From positions 1 through 64,000 of the forward strand of contig QPGO01000226.1 of NCBI GenBank assembly GCA_008632985.1: DNA of 64,000 nt, given 5' to 3'. The stretch comes from Psammoneis japonica (lineage: Eukaryota). Under the pieces are notes generated by a model. The model was not told the DNA's origin and made no database searches. It worked only from the letters and a program-made list of their open reading frames with translations. This document shows positions 1 through 12,800 of this stretch, piece by piece (the first letter of the stretch is position 1; every line of letters starts with the position of its first letter). Made by a program: the position numbers and the translations under genes.

Positions 1-183
1 CCAGTAAAGCACTCTCCACTCCTAATTACGATCCCTTACTACCTAGCCTCCTGTCCCGGGTCGACCGAAGGACGAACGAGAAAAGCGGCGGTAGCCGCCA
101 CTTTCAACTTGCGCTCCTCTGCCCTGTTGCTCATTTTGGTATCGCAACCCGCAACGTTCTCTGTCGGTTAATACAGTATAGTC

Positions 184-1303
184 ATGATGATGAAATGCAA
201 CGCAGCCCTTGTGGTGCTCTTAGCTGCGAATCTGACTGCAGGCAGTTACGCCTTTCTTTCGTGGAGCCCGTCGTTTGCTCACAGACAACAGGTCTCTACC
301 AACTTGGTCCCTCCTCAGGTGGAAGAAATTCAGGAGGAGCTTTGTCTCGACGCAGTTTCTCGGTTAAAGCAGGTTCCCGTCCCGGTATCGGAGAGCGTGA
401 GTGCATCCGGTGAAGTTGGAATTTCATACGTTCACTGGCCGGCTGAGAAGAAAACCTCGTCCCATCCACTAGTTTTGATCCATGGATTTGACTCGTCCTG
501 TCTAGAATACAGACGATTGGGACCACAATTGGCCGCCCGAGGGATTGATACTTATGCCGTGGATTTGTTGGGTTGGGGATATACACAGCTGGAGGACGTG
601 GCAGATTTTTCTGCCAACGCCAAGGTGGACGCTCTCAAGGGATTTGTTCAGACAGTCGTGAAATCAGCAGACGTGTGCATTGCCGGTGCAAGTCTCGGCG
701 GGGCTGCTGCTATTGAGTGGGCCTCAGCCCACCCGAGATTTGCAAAGGGCTCGTTTTATTAGACGCTCAAGGCTTTGTCGACGGTGTTGGACCAATGGCA
801 ATGCTTCCAAAACCTTTGGCCCAGTTGGGAGTTCAAGTGCTAAAAAGCGTCCCTCTTCGCTCTTCTGCCAATCAAATGTCTTATTTCGACAAGGAAACTT
901 ATGCTACAGACGACGCTGTAAAAGTCGGACGCCTCCACTGTCTTCGTGATGGATGGAATGATGCTCTAGTCTCGTTTATGCTCAGTGGTGGCTTTGCTCC
1001 CTCAAAGAAGGTCCCGACTATCGAGGCGCCTTCCCTCGTTCTCTGGGGACGACAGGACGGCATTCTCGACGGCGAAGAATTTGCAACCAAGGTAATTTTT
1101 CACTGTTTTCGATATTTTCATCAGAGCATAGTCCTTTGTCCTGAATCCTCAACATTCTCTTCCCTCCCACACCCCACTCTACATAGTTCATTGAGACACT
1201 CCCAAAAGCTGAGCTACAATGGATTGAGGAATGCGGTCACGTCCCTCACCTTGAGCAACCGGAAGAAACAGCTGACGCGATTGCAAAGTTTTTGCGCCTC
1301 TAG
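184..1303 (+). CDS. Alpha/beta-fold hydrolase with N-terminal signal/transit peptide; 2 exons
   Basis: HGFDSS oxyanion motif, GASLGG nucleophile elbow, WGRQDGIL, and CGHVPHLEQP in exon 2. GT-AG intron 1092-1186. One apparent frameshift near 720-740. Confidence 0.85.
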
Positions 1304-1488
1304 GGAATCACCACTGTGCGCAAAAGTGTCGATAAGCATGTCTATGTATTGAAAAATCTAATCTTCTAATTTCAAATTCGCATACTGTACACATAGGAAA
1401 AATGCGTCAGATATCTACCTATCTTGCAGAAGCTTTGAAGGGCATAAAGTCGGCTTCTCATGCTTGGATGCGCAAAACTGCGTACAGA

Positions 1489-4400
1489 TCATAGAGACAA
1501 AAGAAGTAATATGAGCGCTGTGGGGGCAGAAAAGAAGGAGACGCACGACGCTGCAGACGGCGACGGCGAAGAAGAAGTGTCAGCATCTGAGGGCGGTGAA
1601 GAAGGCTGTGATGACATTGGAGAAGATGATGTAGATGTTGATGGTACCAACGAGAGAGATGGAGCAATGGAAGTTGTCGGCACATTTGTAGGCTCCCAAG
1701 AGGCCAATTCATGCCTTGGGAATGGATTTGGTACGCACGTGGGTGGTATCGTGGGCGGAGGAGTTGCTGGTGTTGGTGGAATGGGGCTTATCGGAGGCAA
1801 GAATACTGGCGGTGCTGTGACCGGACTCGCAGTTGGGGTCTGACAGGCTTCTTCTTGCCAAAGACAGTCAGGTCCAGTTGTGTCATTGGCCGACGGAAAC
1901 TCCTTGTTCAGGTCTGGAGTAATCTCAGGGAAAGATCTTGATTCGTCGACGAGCAGTATGTGCGTTTCAGTGTCTGCTGTTGCTGCACCAGTGTTTCCAT
2001 CGCTTCGAAATCCGTTTGTCATTAGAAGCAGGCCCAACGGCGCTTCATTTGTCTGGGGCGAAAAGCCACTTCCAGAAACTTTCAAGCCCAGCGTTGCTCC
2101 AGGTGGGACGTCGTATGACGGAGCCGAAAACGATGGCTGATTTACTCTGATCAAACTGGAGTCAACAAAATCAGCGCCGGAAAGCGACATTGGAGCATCG
2201 ATTGATACGATTGCGGTTATGAAGAACTCGTCGGGTGAGCCAACATCTGCGGAGCAGACCCTCAAAATGGTATTACGAGAATTTGAGGAGTCGTCGGGTG
2301 GAAAGCCCGTGCAAGTCCGTTCACCAGAGAAAAGGTCACCAACAATGACTTTTACATCGCTTCGGCCTTCAAAGTCATTGACAACGTAGTATTGTGCACC
2401 GCCGGAGGCAGTCGTACGAATGCCAATCATAACACTTTTTGGATTCAACAACTCGTGTCTTTCCCACGTATTTACCAAGAACTCAAAAATAAATGGGCAT
2501 CCCACATCACCCACTTCCAAAGCACGGAACCCCACCGCACGAATGTCGCCTTTCGCTTTCTCTCCACGATTTCTTTCGCTTTCATCGCGGCTAAGAGCTA
2601 CGAGATCAAAAGCTTCCAATTGCGCAACGCCTGCTCCAAAGTTTTGGACTGCAACCTCTGTTGTAGAAGTTACTCCCGGCTCCCAAGGCAAATTTCCGGT
2701 GGAAATTGTGGTATTTGCTGCCTTTCGCAAAAGAACATGAAAAGGTAATGTTATTTCATGGCCAGTGGATACGGATTGTACAATGATATGCCCGTCAAAT
2801 TCATTTGCATCTAAGGCATCTGAATATCTCAGGGAAGGATCGCCACCGACCCCCATGTGATTCGTCGGGGCCTTGCTTGCGTCAATTTTGAAGTCAATTA
2901 CTATGCGTGTCTCGTCGTTGCAGCCGCTAAGGGCGACGCGTCGTGGAAACATGGATACTGTAACTGCACCACTGGCGGCATCGTCCGGGTCTCGAAACAC
3001 AGCGCTGACATCGAGAACGTTCAAACTATCCAAAAGACTCACAATTTTGATCGATCGAGAAATAGTGATGTCAGAAGCCGCATTCACTAGGCCCAAACTC
3101 AAGGAGGGCTGAACATCTCCTTCGTCTGGTGAATATGCCCAGAAGTTGGCATTGAGGCTTTCTCTTATTCTCAGTTCGCCCGTGCCCCCGAGAGTTACAG
3201 GCGCAGTTCTGTTGGTTGTTTCGCCGTAAGAAATAGACCGAAAAGCATTGTTCATCAAGATCGCTTTGAGTGCCAATGGACTGCATGATGGGCATCGCTC
3301 TTTGAGAACAGCAGCTGCTCCTGCAACCACAGGTGCCGAAAAACTTGTACCACGCATGGCTACCATCTCAATACCAGTGCTTGCCACGGCAACGCGTGAT
3401 CCAGAAGGCGCAGAAATATCTGGTTTTATTGCATTGTTTTCACCAGGGCCACGAGAAGAATAAGCCTCTATGGTTTCTCGAAAGCCTGGATCGCCGCTGG
3501 GATGCCCGGTAGCCGCCACCGCCATTCCATTTGGAGAACTAGCTATAGGACCCATGACATATGGACGATTTCGCCAATTTCCTGCTGCAATGACAGTGAG
3601 AGTCCCCAGCTCAAATGCTCGCTCAATAGCGAGGGATTTCGAGTCATGAAATGAAGCTAAGTACCTGCTACCGAGTGACATGTTTATGATGTCCACCTTG
3701 TCCTCAATGTCGGCGTCTCCGTTTGGGTCCATTGCATATTCCAAACCTGTTGATGGAAAACACGAAATGAAAAGTGTTAGCAGTGTGATTTCGTAGAGAT
3801 TGACAAAGTTGCAATTATCGACATTCGGTACCTCGAGTAAGTGCAAACTCGGGACACAGCCGCCCTGAACAAACTCGAACGGCAACCAACGAGGCGTCAG
3901 GAGCGACGGCAAGAACCGCTGACGCCACTGCCGTTCCATGACCTCGTGGCTCGTCAATGGGATCTATATCCGGGACAGCGATTGTTCCAGATAGAGTACC
4001 AATAAAGTCATATCCGTCTACAACGCGTTCGGTTGGAAAGAATCTGTCTCTGTTAGCTGGTCGGGTATAGGCATATGCATATTCTACTGGACTTCCCGAC
4101 CCACCCATCAATTGATGGGTATAGTCAATTCCTGAATCTAGAACAGCAACCTTGACTCCCTTCCCGGTAGCGCAGAATTCTTCATGTGCCGCCTGCGCCC
4201 CTACTTGTTGTGCAACTTCTTCCAGACTGATTTCATACGTGTGATGCGCCATGGTTGATTTGACGCCATTCAGGGATCGAACCTCTTTGTCACTTCCAGG
4301 AGGTAAATCAATATAGACTGCGTTTACAAGCTTCTGTGCTCTAGCCACAACTCGAGCGGTAGGGATCGTTGCTTGAATTTCCGCGATTACTTGGTCTTGC

Positions 4401-4720
4401 TGTTGCCTTACTCGTTCGATACACGTTGTTCCCTCTTCTTCGCACAAGAACGCTGGAGTTTCAGAGCATTCTACAGTGATAACTCGTGAGAAATCTTCAT
4501 CCTCGTCTTCTATCCCTTGCTCTACCAGCTTTCGATTATTTCTCCGACTGTTGATATCCCCGTACATTTCATGCATGTCATCAGGGATCTGCTTCTCTTT
4601 TAGCGCGCGACGATTGCGTCGCCGTCGTTGCATCAACAGTTCTTGCCGACTGTCATTAGACGATACTTGGATCAACAAAGTAGCCAACAAACAAAAGATT
4701 TCCAAACACCGAGCCATCAT
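1489..4720 (-). CDS. Secreted subtilisin-like S8 protease with Pro/Ser/Thr-rich tail and hydrophobic C-terminus (possible GPI signal)
   Basis: Catalytic triad motifs VLDSGID, HGT and GTSFSAP; INMSLG; SSRGP; KPDISAP. Signal peptide from ATG 4720. Intron 3747-3831 joins ORFs 3815..4852 and 1489..3957. Confidence 0.9.
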
Positions 4721-4919
4721 GGCGCTGTGAAGGGGGGCGCTTGCTTGACAGACAAGTCGACGGTGATAGTGTGAATGGGAAACGCGGATAATGAGCCGTC
4801 GAAAGGATGCAATTTGGATTTGGATGCTGAGGTGATCCGATTGTATGTACACGAATTTAATACTGAATTCTACGTACAGTACAATGGAGTCACCCCTTTT
4901 CTACATACCGTACCTACCC

Positions 4920-7900
4920 CAGAGGTGCATAAATCGTCTGTTGTCGTTCGCACCCGCGCATTCGCACACTCAGCGCGCGCACGAACGACAAAACGATGAG
5001 GTGGATCACGACGGTACTTCCGGCTGTGACGACGTGCCGTACCTGAGAGAATTTTTATGGGGCGAGAAGCGGTTCGATCGCCAAAATCTGCACACAACAA
5101 CACGACGCATCATCAACACATCATGCAGCTCTCTTTCGAAAGCAGAGCTGTGACACCTCGACTTGCTGCTTCCTTCTCCATCTACAACATCTGCTTCATT
5201 TGTGATGGCAAGCAAAGTGCAGCAGGACTGTTGGTTGTGGAGAAAACATGCAGTTTGGACTTACGACCTCAGTGTTTTTTTCTTTGTTGTTGCCGTCAGG
5301 TGTTTCGTCGTTGGCTTCTCTCAGGATGAATTTTGCCCGGCAATTGTGCGTTCCCGGCATCAAACATCTCCCAAGTTACAACATGTCAAAGGGGTCCGGC
5401 AGCGTCACAACTGCAGGTTGATCGAATCCGAGTGGGTTTGGTTGCATGACTTGTTTGGGTGTCACAAAACGGCGCGCAGTTCTCACAAGCTCGTTTTTTC
5501 CTGTTGTTGCAGTTTGTGGTTTGGTCAAATCAAAGCAGCACTCTCACGGACTCCATTTTCCATTTGTTGCACCATCACCACAGGAAGCATCTGTCAGTTG
5601 ATGGGTCTGAATTGGGTTGGTTTCAATTGTTGTTTGGGCGAAGCAAAATGGCACTCAGTTCTCACGTGCTCGCACTCTCTGCTTTTTACGGTTCATGGCT
5701 TGGATGGCTGCATGTCAAAGAATTGTTGCACTCTCACGGGCTCCATTGTCTGTTTGTTGTGCCATCACCACAGGAAGTGTCTGTCAGTTCATTCAACCCA
5801 AATTGCTTGGGTTGCATCGGTTGTTCTGGTGATTCAAAAAACGGCACGCCTGTCTTGTGAGCTTGCATTCTCTGCTTTTTACAGTTTGTGGCTTGGACAG
5901 CCACATGTTGAAGACACACACTCATGGACTCCATCATCCATTTCTTGTGCCATTGCCACAGGAAGCATCTGTCAGTTGATCTGTTCTGAAGTGGCTTGGT
6001 TGCATCTGTTGTTTGAGTGAAGCAAAATGGTGCGCGAGCCCCGCCGGTTTTGACAGCATGCAGAAGATAAATTCTCACGGACTGTGTTGTTCATTTCTTG
6101 TGCCATTGCCATGGGCATTGTCAATGAACCTGCTCCAGTTGAAGCTGGATGGACTGTTGTGTGTGCTTGCGCGGCAGTGTCAGTGTCTGCGGTTTTCTGT
6201 CCTTTTTGCGGATGAGACAGGACAGCTGTTTGTTGCTTCTTAACAATGCACAGCAATGAACAGCAAGGTGAGATTGAAAGGTGCATTGTTGTTGTTGCTC
6301 TCCTTTGCTGACATCCTCTTTTTTGTTCGCCCGTTTCGCCACTGCCTTCAATCCCTCCCACAATGCAACATCCACGGCTTTTGATGCATGCCTGCTGGTG
6401 TGTTCCTCCCAGAAATCATCAACGACTCGTGACACACGTGCAACAAATGTTTTTTGGACAATGAAGACGAAAAGGCTCTCGATTGTTTCATCGCACTCAC
6501 TGTTGCATGCGTTCTCTGGAATCGACATTGTGCGCCAGCAACGGACGTCAATTTTTCACCTGCGCCCATTCCCAGGCAACACAAGGACAGCACCAGTGGC
6601 TGACTTATGATTTGGGTGTGGACTGGAGTGCAGCAAAAAGATGCTTGTGTTGTCATGGTTAAGGTTTCTGGCTGCGGTTTGGGAATGACATCCCGACAAA
6701 ACAATGGAACGTCACTGGCTCGCTTTCGAACAACGTTTTCTTAGTTTGCGCTGCCGGTTCTTTCAAAGTGCTCTGCAAGATCCAATGGCTCCTTTGTCAA
6801 GTTGACTCATTTCATCATTGGTTTCTCGCACTGTTTGTGTGATCCGGAGTGGGGCTCCTTGCAGGCTCTTCATCTTCTTTGCACCTGGGAAACATTGATG
6901 CGAAGCATGATCGGGGAAAAGCCCGTGACTGTGTTGAGGGCATGTGGATGATGCTCCAACATGATGAGCCTGAAGACTGCATCCTTGCCAGTGAAGAAAC
7001 TCATGCTGTGTGGGAGTTTGTGGAGAAGGCATGCAGATGTTAGTTTAGACTAGAGTGGAGCTGCGCTGCCAAGCCAAAATTCTCAATTCCCAATCCAGAA
7101 TGACACAAACGAACTGCTTCCAGCACTCCCTCATGTCCCGTGAAATCTTTCTCGAAAGCCAGCCTCAACAGTGAGGACAGTTGCGCTTTGCAAGCAGCCC
7201 TGTCCACTTCTCTATTTTTTGTGCTGTTTTGTCCGTAACTTGCCGGCTCTGTCAAACTTGATGCAGCTCCTGAGGCAGTGACAACCCAAGTGTCTACAAA
7301 CAAGCAGCAAAATGGCAAGAGGCGGTCCAGAATGTTTCCATGCAATCCGTCGGTGCGTTCGCTCCATGGCACTTAAGATCCACCTTTTCTACATTCTCCA
7401 TCGTTGACGCGAAACAAAGTCTCAAGCCTCAAACCGGAGGAAAGTGCGTTCAGAATCATGCACAATGCCCATTCTGTGGGCAGTGTCTGCATCCATGGGT
7501 GCAGCAATGTTGCCAAATGCCCCTCCAGCACTGGGCAAAGGCTCTAACTGGACATGCCCTCCATCATCCACACTGAGGCGCATGGACTGCCTTGTTCCCA
7601 TCCTCTCCATCAATTTGAGGTAAAAATGATGCCTTGCAATGACCATTTCACCTTTTCCTTTGAACCCTCCCCAATCAGATGAACAAATGATGCTCTCAAC
7701 ACAACAGCAGATTTCTTTGTCCCATCTGGAACGCGACAACAACCCAACAACGGATGCGGCATTTGTGTGTCAATGCAGCACTTGGCAATGTCGGCAAAGT
7801 GCTTTTTGCATTCGATCCAATTGCATTGGCTCGGATCATGTGCCAGCAACTGTGACCTTGGAACATTGTACGGAGCATCTGATGTCAGTGTAAGTGATTG

Positions 7901-8139
7901 CGTTGTCGGGCATGGCAGAATGTGGACCCAAACTTGTCGTTTGGCACGCGTTGCGTCGCGGCGAATTTGCAAAAATTTGGAACTTTGCCCCATAAAAATT
8001 CTCTCACGTACAGCACGTCGTCACAGACGCTTTCGTAGCCCACCTGCGTCCGTGAGCCACCTCATCGGTTTGTCGTTCGCGCGTTGATTGCGCGCAAGGA
8101 AGCACACGCGCGGACGACAAGACGATTTATGCACCTCTG
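4920..8139. mobile_element. Decayed TIR DNA transposon (hAT-like termini); no recognisable transposase
   Basis: TIR CAGAGGTGCATAAATCGTC at 4920 and its reverse complement ending at 8139. Imperfect inverted similarity continues ~150 bp inward. Flanks ACCTACCC / CCGTACCC could be a degenerate 8-bp TSD. Confidence 0.75.
5460..6060. repeat. Degenerate ~190-bp tandem repeat, about 3 copies
   Basis: CAGGAAG(CA/TG)TCTGTCAGTT recurs at 5581, 5771 and 5959; AAAA(C/T)GG motif recurs near 5467, 5646, 5837 and 6024. Confidence 0.75.
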
Positions 8140-8220
8140 CCGTACCCACGAAGATCGCGTTTCGGGCTTCGGGCAAATTGGTCCCAGTCCATGATACGAC
8201 GCCTCCTACCTCTCCCTCGC

Positions 8221-8330
8221 TCTCTCTCTGGTAGAGAGAGTACGGTACATGTAGGCCCTACTCTAGCTAGAGTAGGTCGTAGGGCCTGCCAGAGAGGAGA
8301 GAGGAGCGTGGAACAGTACTCTAGCTAGAG
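8221..8330. repeat. Nested palindrome / hairpin cluster
   Basis: Perfect 20-bp palindrome CCTACTCTAGCTAGAGTAGG at 8257-8276; AGGCCCTAC/GTAGGGCCT arms; core TACTCTAGCTAGAG repeated at ~8317-8330. Confidence 0.7.
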
Positions 8331-8513
8331 ACAAGAAAAAAGCTGCCGTTAGGTAGTCGATGATTCGAATCAGCGTTTCTTTCCGCACCTATCATAAAGA
8401 AATGAACAACTTTCAGACCATCGCGGAGTGACAGCATGAAGCTAAGATCAAAGAGGGAGGGTAACTGGGTTGGGCTTGCGGTGAATCATTTTATGTTTAG
8501 TCCTCTGACAATT

Positions 8514-9632
8514 CTACTTAGTCAAAACAGCAAGGTATCCCTCGTTTTCGTTCTCTACCGGCCCTTGTTGCAACTCCAGCCCAAGATCCATATCGATCAA
8601 ATCTTGTTCGGTGGGGAGCCCGCTTTGAACCATGACAGGGTTTGCTTTTTGCTGCCCCAGGACATGTGCGGCGCCTTGTGGGTGGACAATGACAAGTTTC
8701 CCTTGTGGCTTCAACAAGGAGGCGGCTCTCTTTAGCGCTTTTTGTGCGTTTGGTAAATCGTGGAGGGACGAGCAAAAGAGTATTCCGTCGAAAAAGCCCT
8801 TGTCGCTCTCGAATTCATCAATCGGTTGTAAAAAGTCCGCAGAGATAAAGGTCGGACCACGGTGTGTACGTTGAGCATTTCGAATCATTTCTGGAGATAA
8901 GTCAACTCCATAAATCTGTTTGGCTGGCACTCCGGCCTTTGTCAGAGACGGTATGAGAACGCCCGGTCCGCAACCTACATCCAAGCACTTGCCGCTACTC
9001 CCAACCGCATCGGCAATGATGGAGCATGCGTAATCGACCCGTTCTTGTATCTCGGCTGGCATGTTTCCTATTAGAGCACGGGCGGCCTTTGCATCAGCCG
9101 ATGCATCCCAAGTGAGCCTTTGGAATAGGTTGTGCAATAGCTCGTCTGAAAGTTCTGACGGATGTTGCTCATACAGGGTCTGTAGCTGTTCCTTGGCACG
9201 TCTCGCGCCCTCCATATCTTGGGGAGGTAATTTTGTCTGTTGTAAGATTGGTATCTTCGCAATGTATGCATCCCATCGTTTTACTTGCTGGTATAATTGA
9301 GCAGCTATCTGAACATGCTCTGGCAGTTCGCTCATGGCTTTCTGAATACGTTCCGATGTACCACGAGCCACATCACCACCATATTGATCCAACAATTGTT
9401 CCTTTGCGCGCTTGATGTCCTTGGTACTCTTCTTCTTTTTTGTGCCGGAGCTCTTCCCAAAGCCTCCACCTGCACCGCCTCCAAATCCCTGGGCACGCAA
9501 GACAACAAGACGTCGTGTTGATGTCGTCAGAAAACCTGGTGATGTCTGCCAAATCCGTGACGTTAAAAAGCAAAACACACCATTGCTAGAACCGAAGCCC
9601 AGCAAATCTATAAAAAACACAGAGTAACGCAT
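8514..9632 (-). CDS. Class I SAM-dependent methyltransferase with probable organellar presequence
   Basis: CLDVGCGPG motif I, GVDLSPEMI, FDGILFCSSLHD, LLKPQGKL; likely start MRYSVFF at 9632. Confidence 0.85.
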   Translation of the reverse strand: MRYSVFFIDLLGFGSSNGVFCFLTSRIWQTSPGFLTTSTRRLVVLRAQGFGGGAGGGFGKSSGTKKKKSTKDIKRAKEQLLDQYGGDVARGTSERIQKAMSELPEHVQIAAQLYQQVKRWDAYIAKIPILQQTKLPPQDMEGARRAKEQLQTLYEQHPSELSDELLHNLFQRLTWDASADAKAARALIGNMPAEIQERVDYACSIIADAVGSSGKCLDVGCGPGVLIPSLTKAGVPAKQIYGVDLSPEMIRNAQRTHRGPTFISADFLQPIDEFESDKGFFDGILFCSSLHDLPNAQKALKRAASLLKPQGKLVIVHPQGAAHVLGQQKANPVMVQSGLPTEQDLIDMDLGLELQQGPVENENEGYLAVLTK

Positions 9633-9869
9633 GGCGGGTCCGATCTCATGGATGATTTGTACGGTAATGATGAACGATGGACGGTGGAGGGCCGCACCAC
9701 ATTGGCATCGATCGCACATACATAGCATCACACATCATCCACATCCCAATCACACATCGCGCATGCACGCGCTCATAGACGAGAGACGAGAACTACGGTA
9801 ACAAGCAGCAGGCGCATGATGTTGTCGTCTACCGGCACCGGCAGGGGGGGAGGAACGATCGGCACAAAG

Positions 9870-12800
9870 CAGCAGCCACACATCTGTTGAAAGGATGGTG
9901 ATGGCACCCTCAAAGATGAGCAGCTGTCAGAAGCATCTTTTGTCATCGGCACTGCTTTTGTGGACAACCAAGTTCCTGTCCACACTGCCAGCAGCCTGCA
10001 TCTTTGCAAGGTTTGAACAAGAAGAAAGGTCAGTGCCGGAGCACACAAACGCTGCATGCTCACCTCTTTGTGGAAAGTGGTGGCTGAGAGTGCACTCAGC
10101 ACAGACAATGAAACTGAATCCAAGAAATGGCAACATGAGACAATGTGGAAGGCTGACCAATGCCTTGCCAATGAAACAGAAATTGCGGGACTTGACTGAC
10201 TCCCTGTTCAATGTCTGGGGACCTGCAGCCGCCGCCACCTGATGAGTGAGGACCAAAGAGAACATCCCATCTGGTGTTTTGGTTGCACCCACATTTTGCA
10301 AAGACCACTCACATGGCTTTCCTTTGAATCTCTGACAGATTCGTTGGAGGAAAATGTGCACCCGGAAAGGCACAAGTCATGCTTGACAAAAAGCAAGTGA
10401 AACAGTGAGTCCATGCTTTGTGCCTGTCAAGCAGACAAGACCTCAGAAACAGTGCAACATCAACACTCTTTCTCTTGCGTGCATTGCAGGGAGTCCTCTG
10501 GGTGCCAGCAAGAGCCTTGCAGTGTCCAAGGGTCTTGTGGGAAGCACATGCGCTGATGGCTGAACACTGGGCCGCGTGTGGGACCAATCTGCAGAAGAGA
10601 TGTCAATGCTGACTTCATCATTGCATGCATGCAGGTGCTGTTTGCCATCTTTGGTGAAATGCCATTTGAAGATGTGAAAGGAGCATTTGGGAAGTTCAAG
10701 TTCATGACCAGCAGCATTCAGAAGATCACACCACAATTGGTTGTCAGCCTGCATTTTGAAGGCCAAGTCGAATGATGAAGGTTGTGGGGATGCAGTGAAA
10801 TTGTTAACTTGCTTTGAAGTGTCATCAATGCATCTGGGGTTGTAAATTTTCATGGACACCGCATAATTGGGCAACTCAAAAAATGCTGCATGGGAATGTT
10901 GATCGAACATCTCAAAAAGGCTGTTGCAGATTTGGTTCCAACTAAAGGGAGAATTTCCACTGCCTTGGCCTGTGCCTTAAATTGGAAATTCAGCGGAATG
11001 AGAGTGTGATGATTCAGACAATCCAGTTGCAGTCTTCAACCAGTGTCATGCCTGCTGCAGGGTGTGGTTTGCTCCTGTCTGGGTGACCTCTTGTTTTGGC
11101 ATGCCATTGCTGTGACTCTTGTGAGCTGCCAGAGCTGGAATGTTCCAATCACAGCAAGAGGCACAATCATTGTCACTGTGGATGGCAGTTTTCCTGGATG
11201 CCCTGCTGATTTCAAGCATCAGCTCCTCAAGGTGCACTGGAGCATCAGCGTTCAAGAATGGTTGAGTGCTGCACATCCCTGGATTGGTGCAAAGCTTGCA
11301 TTGCTCCACATTCTGTGCAAGAGATCACCACATGACACTAGAAATCAACTGAAAGTCAGCTTTGTAAATGTGAGTGACATGCAATCAGTGGATCTTGTTG
11401 TTCCCAGCTTCTTTGAAGACCACAACATTGACGACATCTTTCTGTCAGTCACAGGAGTGTCCCCACCAGAGAGCACAGTTTAAAAGGTTCAGCCGCATTT
11501 GAGTGAGGGCATGTTGCACCACGTCCAAATGCTTGCAGTCTTCAGTTGGGTCACCATCCTGGGCAGTGGCCTGAGAATGGGAGTGTGATGCACACATGGC
11601 TTTCCAATGACCCAAACCAGGACCTGACTTGACAGAGGCAGATGCAGACTCAGTCCACATTTTAATCTTTCCTTCTAAATCTGTTGCTGTAAGAAAGGAA
11701 GAGACAGACACTGGAGAGAATGATGTTTGGGATGAAGCACAAACCGGGAAGCAGCTTCATTGAGTTGATCCATGTCACAGTCACCATCAAGAATGAGGTC
11801 TGCAGAGATTGCATCGCTGACGCAACCCAAGTCCACCAACAAAGGGGGAACAGCAGGGGAAGGGGGCACCGTGGGCCTGTCCAAAGTGTTTTTGATTGCA
11901 AAGTTGAAGAGCAGTGGTGACATCAATGGGAGCATTGATGGCAACCCATTCGTCACACTCTTTGGGGTTCACGGAGGGGTTGCAGGGCACCTGAATGCTG
12001 TTTGTCCCCATGTCACAATCTGCCTGGCAAAACTTGATCTTGCGGAAGAACTTCTTGATTTCTTTGGCTTTTCATGTGTTGTGCAAGAAAGACAGTGGCT
12101 TTCCTCCTGGAAGCCTTTGCACCTTCCAGTTCCAAGGCTGCAACATTCTCTGCCATCTCCCATTCTCCATGTGCAACACCAGCTGCTGCCACCTTCTGGC
12201 ATTCAGACTGGGCCACGCAAAGGGCTGCCTGACATTCCTCAAAGGTCTCAGGAATGATGAATGAGCCCTCAATCTCATTCCAAATGTTTCTGACATGGCT
12301 GACATGGTTGATGTGAGTGTGCATCATGGATGTGACTCTGCTCAAGATGTGAACTCTGTGTTGAAGCTGAGCAAGTTTGATGGGCCATTCTGGTTTTCAT
12401 GGTGTGTGCTTGACATTTCTTTGCTGCAGCCAGAGAAAATTGTAAAAGGTCTCTGTCTGGTCTCTCAGCCAACTTGTGATCAGGTGTGTCGAGTTCAAGA
12501 AGTGCTCTTGATCTGGACAGAATGTCCCGGCTTGCAAGCATGGGACCAATGGCATCGAGGTGCGTCATCACCTGAGGTTTTGAGGAAGACAGCATGTCTT
12601 GATTGCTGGCTTTCGGGTGATCAACAGTTGGGTTTCCAAACAGAGCCAATGTGTCAAAATCCACATGGCAAGCATGGTGATCAGAAGTGGCATGACACCC
12701 AAATGCCTTGTAACCTCCAAAATGAGCAGTGGCAAGGGCACCTGGGGTGGCAAGAATGCAGTCTAATTGCTTTGAATTTCAAGTGCATGTTGAAAGTTCT

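Noticed and set aside
5163..6020. 285-aa Cys-rich ORF and similar ORFs (50477..51373, 57834..58490) as real metal-binding proteins
   Set aside because: Explained by TG/CA enrichment and stop-codon loss in mutated repeats.
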